The position numbers and the translations under genes are program-made. Shown here piece after piece: positions 57,001-61,640 of a stretch of DNA of 61,640 nucleotides. The notes beneath the pieces were generated by a model. The model was not told where the DNA came from. It saw nothing but the letters and a program-made list of their open reading frames with translations, and did no database searches. The DNA comes from a virus (lineage: Duplodnaviria > Caudoviricetes): the IMG/VR virus record IMGVR_UViG_3300032326_000597, positions 1 to 61,640 of that record; one strand, given 5' to 3'. Numbering within the stretch: the stretch's first letter is position 1; each line of letters opens with the position of its first letter.

Positions 57001-58230
57001 GTTCCTGCTGTAATAGCGGCCATACCGGGTAAAAAGATTACTGGGGTTAAGGTTAGATACATAGACGGAAAGGCAACCACCGTACCTCTAACTAACGAGG
57101 AGAAGATATCCAGAGCGTTTAAAAACGTAGTGGCTACAATGATTTGGGGTGGTCTTATCGCGTCATTGTTTGACTTTGGCGACGAGGATGACGATGAAGT
57201 AAGACTCGACCCTAATGCGTGGATCAAATTCTATGGCTCGGCTGAGGACAGCAAGCAAAGAGCTGAGATGGAGGCTGAGGGTGCGGAGCCAAACAGTGTA
57301 ACCATAGCAGGCAAAAATATTCCTCTGTCATTGACAGGCCCTGTGTTTGGGGCAATAGGTAAAATCCTTGGCGAGGTATCAAACGATATAAGGTTTGGTG
57401 AAGGGGATAAAACAACCGTAGGCTTTAACAAGATACTTGCTCTTGTCGGCGCCCAGTTAACAGGTAGTGAGATGTCCGCGCCAAAGAGAGCGATAGAAAA
57501 ACTATATGGGGGATATGGCGAGGCAAAGGCGGCTGAAGCGTTGGAGATATTTTTCTTAGACGGTATAGAAACATCGTTCTCTCCAACCCTGTATGAAAAC
57601 ATCAAGAAGGACTACGAGGCGTGGAAGGGTATCCAAAAGGAGAAACGAAGCGGGGCGGTTGATAACATAGTGTCGGATATTTTCTTTACTGATGTATTCA
57701 TGGACACCAACGGAGGTCTGATGTACGACCACTTCGGCGAGCCTGTGTACGTGCAGCCATCGAACCCGGTACTCAAGGCTCTTCTTCCAGAAAGTGTATG
57801 GAAGGACGGAACTAGCCACGTTGAAAACAGCCCGTATTACAACCTGACAAACGAGAAGTGGTTCCCTAAGACTTACTCTAGATGGGATGCAAAGGACTGG
57901 ACAGAGGTAAACGTTGGCTCTGAGAGGGAACCTTTTGAGATGGACGACGACTTCAAGCAGTCACTTAGTCTTATAATCAACAAGGAAACCGCTCAACTAA
58001 TAAATAGTAATAAGTCAAGTATAGACGCTGCTTCACAGGCCGAAAAGATTGAGTTGTTGAGTGGCTATCGCCAGGACGCAATCGAAAATGTTCGTTATGA
58101 GTTTTGGCAAAAGATGTACGATTTAGACGTGCAGGGCATGAGCGAGAAGGGTATGCAAGAGGCGGTTTACAAAAAAAGAGAGCAAATAGTAACCGAGTTA
58201 CGAAAAAAATACGGCATCGAAACAAAATAA
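54046..58230 (+). CDS. large (1394 aa) internal virion/ejection protein
   Basis: Helical, amphipathic C-half with D.FGEP motif typical of podovirus core proteins. Confidence 0.75.
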   Translation: MAKPCKVTIKMPGATVAEEKTFEQYMEMLYNGALQELINNDKLNVNALKGDNPFNEAPKTTKKQPKEKKSTMSDFMKSRLGEAYGDVRQRAYGERLAEQRGIGTEEYIAIDQRAMEVLANEKFEQLKAQYEAGETDIFNDLLSAYGNTTENEWIENSGLKYEYLVVMAKAANYFYVKGDYKMAKKIYNTKGTSGTTAGQTVAALAAASTPEQLANRIMDEDSSKRNFLNQVTSGGMTIGEAITQLREIAKLNQAEAIAIVAAAMPKVKKTATVVTVKPEFKAQRTASVNAIKGILAKKRTPGPLALSNSIIVEITPHIRDLISSYIEEGAYSAKMIKNKVWSQIKDVLPGERTSIDQIVDDNMASFDTDIKKNKEASATNRLAKAFEGIADTRNIKDKALKMLSDTILQNDPEYVMAKSRGEKVKAKDRLKTILNNKAQVESMVTKAMNIAKANVDANEKLDAATKMAIKNEIDALVSDLLEMPIGGVEKRAAAASLSKEDMDKEIARIAAEHITNQNAEIQTLAEAMVDNLGIDPAYASQLQAEIEPLIAEKVDEKIKAKKQSIDSIMQGIKDAESVKKGVIRAIAKGQVSDSQFETELLKTLGYKGISQSDIVKLQGYFDRLQALQPGEELYQEINRYINDILSEYDETTAALVGRWLTEQFYTNALSDIFKTAIMASGVGAVVSSIQHGAFTALYNPARMARAIKFAKMMRAEGATMGWETVAAKWEKPQSRFGETTMLERPEEKAHGAIYRVTKKEYAQILSDFINKKGGRRARYATEAFLKSFSHLMSSGYRKRKFLPAISEISMVLMSAQDILMGGALQDIYTYIEAENYLDMVNKKSGVKMKKGSAVWNQQLKELIQAGPDQINNFKNEVAQEAAERIANGESLPKGWSKRKLRDKVHNAMPKEVIDEMAHQARKSLLLQKPETLAGAAAFNLISKATPFRDTDNPVVAFGRLTLSTVLGFIRLNTVMAEYFYKSIPVVPAVIAAIPGKKITGVKVRYIDGKATTVPLTNEEKISRAFKNVVATMIWGGLIASLFDFGDEDDDEVRLDPNAWIKFYGSAEDSKQRAEMEAEGAEPNSVTIAGKNIPLSLTGPVFGAIGKILGEVSNDIRFGEGDKTTVGFNKILALVGAQLTGSEMSAPKRAIEKLYGGYGEAKAAEALEIFFLDGIETSFSPTLYENIKKDYEAWKGIQKEKRSGAVDNIVSDIFFTDVFMDTNGGLMYDHFGEPVYVQPSNPVLKALLPESVWKDGTSHVENSPYYNLTNEKWFPKTYSRWDAKDWTEVNVGSEREPFEMDDDFKQSLSLIINKETAQLINSNKSSIDAASQAEKIELLSGYRQDAIENVRYEFWQKMYDLDVQGMSEKGMQEAVYKKREQIVTELRKKYGIETK

Positions 58231-58251
58231 TCTACTATATTTGTGAGCGCA

Positions 58252-58467
58252 ATGCAGCATGATATCAATCATACAGATATGACAGGAGATGGATACGTAG
58301 ACGGAGCAGCGTCAGTTTTATTAACTACATTTGCTACTGTGCTTTCATGGCAGGAACAGGCCGAATGGGCCTTCCGAATCGCGTCTCTACTACTAGCCTG
58401 CACTGTGTCTATCGTCGTTCTTTATGGACACCACAAGAAGTCCAAGGCGAAGCGTTCTACCAAGTAA
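58252..58467 (+). CDS. holin-like small membrane protein
   Basis: Hydrophobic helices and basic C-tail; TATATTTG box upstream. Confidence 0.5.
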   Translation: MQHDINHTDMTGDGYVDGAASVLLTTFATVLSWQEQAEWAFRIASLLLACTVSIVVLYGHHKKSKAKRSTK

Positions 58468-58496
58468 TTTCTCCCTTCTGTAATTGTATACCTTCT

Positions 58497-58584
58497 GAAA
58501 ACACAGAGGGCGGTGATCAGCCCGCCCTCAAAGTTCTCGTCTCCCGACTGCACTGATGTGCGCGAACTTGCATGGCAAATATAT
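58497..58584 (-). ncRNA. candidate small three-way-junction RNA with terminator
   Basis: TATATTTG box; AAGTTC/GAACTT, GCAC-atca-GTGC, GTC-ggga-GAC; GAGGGCGG/CCGCCCTC hairpin. Confidence 0.45.
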
Positions 58585-58610
58585 GACATTTCTTAATTAA
58601 TACAAAATAA

Positions 58611-58714
58611 TTTGCACAACTAAACATGAGGGTGTATATTCGCCCCGGTTTTGGTAATAATAGTGTTAGTGATTACTTATGGTTGACCCAGGCAACGGCT
58701 TGGGTTTTCTTTTT
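58611..58714 (+). ncRNA. candidate sRNA (promoter, U-rich seed, terminator)
   Basis: TTTG 58611 and TATATTCG 58635 (20-nt spacer); acccagg/cttgggt hairpin then T-tract. Confidence 0.45.
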
Positions 58715-58737
58715 ATATTTGCATCCAATACAACGAT

Positions 58738-59388
58738 ATGATAGAACTGAAAATAGCGGATCCAACCCCGCATGAATTAGGTGAATATAGAGTGCTAATT
58801 AAGGAGCTGAAGGAAAGGTTCCCAGATGCAACTGTACTTGTTGACAGGGAGTATTCAGATTACGCGATTAGTATTACATCAATATGGATAGACGGTGACA
58901 AACGCACAGACTCGCACTCCGCAATTTACCCCTCGGTTCCCAACAGGGGGACGGCGCAAATCAAGGCGGACATTCTCTCCCTTACCTTCGCTATGCGTGA
59001 ACTTGGGTTTGATATTAAGTTTTTGGACAGCGATCCGGTCATTCGCGAGAAGGTTTCGATAACCCGTGGTAAGCTCGATTCTTGCATATCTCTTCGTCAG
59101 ATGGTGGAACTGCTTGAAGAAGCGAACCACGAAAAGCTAGACGAGGTAAAGATTCTGATTGAGAACAAACGAAAGCAGGGCGGTCGTCCTAGCAAGAAGT
59201 CTGTAATCGATTTCATCTTTTCGGGAGCTAGGGAAGAGAAGCGTGGACAGGCTGTACGCACCGGCCCGGAGTGGGCGCGGGTCAAGATGGAGTGGCGTGA
59301 CAAGTTTCCTACATCTAAGTATGTGAAAATGTACAAAAGTCTCGACGAGTTTTGTACCTTTGCTTCTGACGCCGAGTGTAAATCATGA
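58738..59388 (+). CDS. hypothetical protein
   Basis: 216 aa with own TATATTTG box. Confidence 0.75.
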   Translation: MIELKIADPTPHELGEYRVLIKELKERFPDATVLVDREYSDYAISITSIWIDGDKRTDSHSAIYPSVPNRGTAQIKADILSLTFAMRELGFDIKFLDSDPVIREKVSITRGKLDSCISLRQMVELLEEANHEKLDEVKILIENKRKQGGRPSKKSVIDFIFSGAREEKRGQAVRTGPEWARVKMEWRDKFPTSKYVKMYKSLDEFCTFASDAECKS

Positions 59389-61640
59389 ATTCAAGAGTTA
59401 ACAGAATACAGATAGAGGGAAACAATACCGTTTCTTTCTTAGAGGGTACTACCTATGTGAATGGCATGAGCCAGGTCATGCCTCAGATTCCGACCTATAT
59501 TTCTTACGGGTTCGATAGCATAACTATAACCCAGGATGGCGCAAAGAGTTTTCAGTTCACCATCTACGAGATGACGCAGGTTGGTGGAAACACTTTTGTT
59601 CCGCTTAACTCCGACAATACATCCAAGGAAATTCAGGACAGGACCGTTGAGATTTACAGGCTGCTTGTAACTTCTATATTCAAGGGATGCTGCGAGTGCG
59701 GTAATACAGAGCCAGAGTGTTCGATTCAGTACACTTACGGAAATGGAACAGATCCCGGCACTATATTTTACAACGGTGGCGGGGCTATTCGAGTTAGCTA
59801 CACTACTGCGAACAACCAAGACTTCACAGGATTCTGGCCTATCATTCAAGACGGTTCGTGGATATTTATCTTCAGCAAGACAGATCCAACTGTATACGGA
59901 GTTTATCAGCTTTCGAATTATACTGACGGCGGCCCTGGTGTATATGCTCAGTTCGACGCCACGCTTATTGCTGGGCCTTCGGATTTCCCCGATGGCACTT
60001 CGGTATGCGTGGATGTGACTAGCGTTGGTGGCAATTTAATACAGACATGGCAAGAAACCTTGGTCACAGGTTCTATCCTTGACCAAAACAACACGATTGA
60101 TGGCGGAGGGTTTGACCTTTTGTTTGACAACAACTTGTCGTTCACGGCTAACTCGACCACAAGTTCATTGGAAACAGACGCCACCGGGTCTAGGATGGTA
60201 TCAGGCGCTCAGTCTGTAGAAGTTACACCAACCTACGTAGATATTATAACGCCAAACCACGGCACGGCTACAACCGGAATGGTTTTAGCTTTGGATGCCT
60301 CAGGCCACGTTGAGTATGTTTCAGCAGGAAGTGGATCAGGAACGGTCACTTCGATAACAGCGGGAACAGGGCTTGATGGCGGGACGATAACAACAAGCGG
60401 AACCATTGACCTTGCCGACACGGCTGTTACTCCTGGGGCTTATACAAACGCGAACATAACTATTGACCAGCAGGGTCGTATTACCCTTGCGGCCAACGGA
60501 AGTGGCGGAGGCTCAGGAACGGTTACATCGATCGATGTGGACGGCGGAACGGGAATATCTGTGTCTCCTGCTGGTCCTATAACCACTTCGGGTACGTTTA
60601 CCGTAACAAATACGGCTCCTGACCAGACGGTTGTCCTTACAGACGGAACAGGAATTACCACGTCAGGAACCTACCCCAACTTTACCATTACTAACTCGGC
60701 TCCCGACCAGACAGTTAGTTTAGGGACAACAGGTACTGGTTTAGCAGTTACCGGGACATATCCTAGCTTCACTTTAGAGAACACATTGCCAGACCAAACC
60801 GTTTCTTTGACTGCGGGTTCGGGGATAAGTGTGACAGGAACCTATCCTAGCTTTACTATCGCTAGTACAGGGACGGCAGCGGGATCCATTTTGTTTGGAA
60901 CCGCAAGCGGAACTGACACATACACGGTAACCATAGGAACGGTGTCGTCTTATACAGACGGAGATGCCTACATTATTCGATTTACAAACGGAAACACAAA
61001 CGCGGCTACGCTCAATATCAATAGTATTGGGGCTAAGACTTTATATCGAAACAACGACGGGCCGCTGATCGGTGGAGACATTTGGGACGGCGGAGAAATG
61101 CTTTGTATCTACAATGCTGTCAACGATGGGTTTGACTGTATCGGAACGTCTCCAAACAGTCTGTTTGCTTACATAACCAACGACGAGGCCATTACTATTA
61201 CAAGGGGGCAGGCGGTGTATGCCTTTGGTGGTACAGGCAACCGGATGACGGTTAAACTCGCTAGGGCCAACACGGATTCTACGTCTGCCCAGACCATTGG
61301 ATTTGTGTTCTCGTCAAGCATCGCGGCCAACCAGAAGGGTATAATCATTATCCAAGGATACTTTACGGACTTAAGTCTGTTCCCTCCGTCAAGTGGCTGG
61401 GTGGATGGAGACACCGTTTATCTCAGCCCGACTACTGCGGGAGCCGTAACTAGAATAAAGCCATACGCTCCAGACCATCTTGTATACCTTGGAGTGGTGG
61501 CAACTGCAAGCCCCGGCGCGGCAGGCCGTATGTACGTTCGTGTTCAGAACGGATATGAGCTAGACGAACTTCACAACGTACAGGCACAGACCCCGACGGT
61601 TAACGACGTTCTTTACTACTTTGGAGGAAGTCCTGGTCAA
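59385..61640 (+). CDS. tail fibre protein (runs off window; absent from ORF track)
   Basis: ATGA-coupled start MNSRVNRIQ; GTVTSI.AG.GL.GG.IT.SGT, TIDQQGRIT and PDQTV.L..G.G...TGTYP.FT repeats. Confidence 0.85.
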   Translation, partial: MNSRVNRIQIEGNNTVSFLEGTTYVNGMSQVMPQIPTYISYGFDSITITQDGAKSFQFTIYEMTQVGGNTFVPLNSDNTSKEIQDRTVEIYRLLVTSIFKGCCECGNTEPECSIQYTYGNGTDPGTIFYNGGGAIRVSYTTANNQDFTGFWPIIQDGSWIFIFSKTDPTVYGVYQLSNYTDGGPGVYAQFDATLIAGPSDFPDGTSVCVDVTSVGGNLIQTWQETLVTGSILDQNNTIDGGGFDLLFDNNLSFTANSTTSSLETDATGSRMVSGAQSVEVTPTYVDIITPNHGTATTGMVLALDASGHVEYVSAGSGSGTVTSITAGTGLDGGTITTSGTIDLADTAVTPGAYTNANITIDQQGRITLAANGSGGGSGTVTSIDVDGGTGISVSPAGPITTSGTFTVTNTAPDQTVVLTDGTGITTSGTYPNFTITNSAPDQTVSLGTTGTGLAVTGTYPSFTLENTLPDQTVSLTAGSGISVTGTYPSFTIASTGTAAGSILFGTASGTDTYTVTIGTVSSYTDGDAYIIRFTNGNTNAATLNINSIGAKTLYRNNDGPLIGGDIWDGGEMLCIYNAVNDGFDCIGTSPNSLFAYITNDEAITITRGQAVYAFGGTGNRMTVKLARANTDSTSAQTIGFVFSSSIAANQKGIIIIQGYFTDLSLFPPSSGWVDGDTVYLSPTTAGAVTRIKPYAPDHLVYLGVVATASPGAAGRMYVRVQNGYELDELHNVQAQTPTVNDVLYYFGGSPGQ

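Noticed and set aside
58520-58572. Hammerhead ribozyme on the plus strand (ctgatg...cgaa)
   Set aside because: The core is CUGAUGU rather than CUGAnGA, GAAA is incomplete, and the stems do not flank the core correctly.
23034-61640. Stop-codon reassignment as in some crAss-like phages
   Set aside because: Genes up to 7.5 kb are open in the standard code, and TAA, TGA and TAG all appear as stops at tightly packed gene ends in the window.
59385-61640. Diversity-generating retroelement target in the tail fibre
   Set aside because: No reverse transcriptase or adenine-variant TR/VR pair in the window; the repeats are ordinary fibre repeats.

Overview
This window is about 62 kb of a dsDNA tailed phage. 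It has a crAss-like (Crassvirales-type, podovirus) virion module and very probably a Bacteroidota host, since TAnnTTTG -7 promoter boxes and A-rich, mostly SD-less starts recur throughout. Layout: (1) 1-10905, a minus-strand early/accessory block of small genes (NinG, NinB, PD-(D/E)XK nuclease, YubB-like, several very acidic proteins, a 'GGDK' cassette chain); (2) 10906-11900, a divergent non-coding region with phased 16-bp repeats (possible terminus/pac region); (3) 11931-13374, a plus-strand cluster of tiny Lys-rich proteins; (4) 13442-22957, a minus-strand block with four TM microproteins, a tRNA-like/ncRNA cluster, Tad1-like sponge, metallophosphoesterase, DnaA-C protein, SSB, primase-helicase and an iteron-bearing initiator; (5) 23034-end, a plus-strand morphogenesis block with GroES-like proteins, TerL, portal, scaffold, MCP, ring and muzzle proteins, giant ejection-type proteins with a ferritin between them, and a tail fibre. 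The most unusual signals are small basic genes overprinted in the +1 frame of the giant virion gene, promoter-seed-terminator units antisense to the phage's own start codons, an ncRNA array punctuated by tRNA mimics next to Tad1, and a gene-cassette chain sharing a 15-nt junction. All family calls come from motif recognition by eye; no searches were run.
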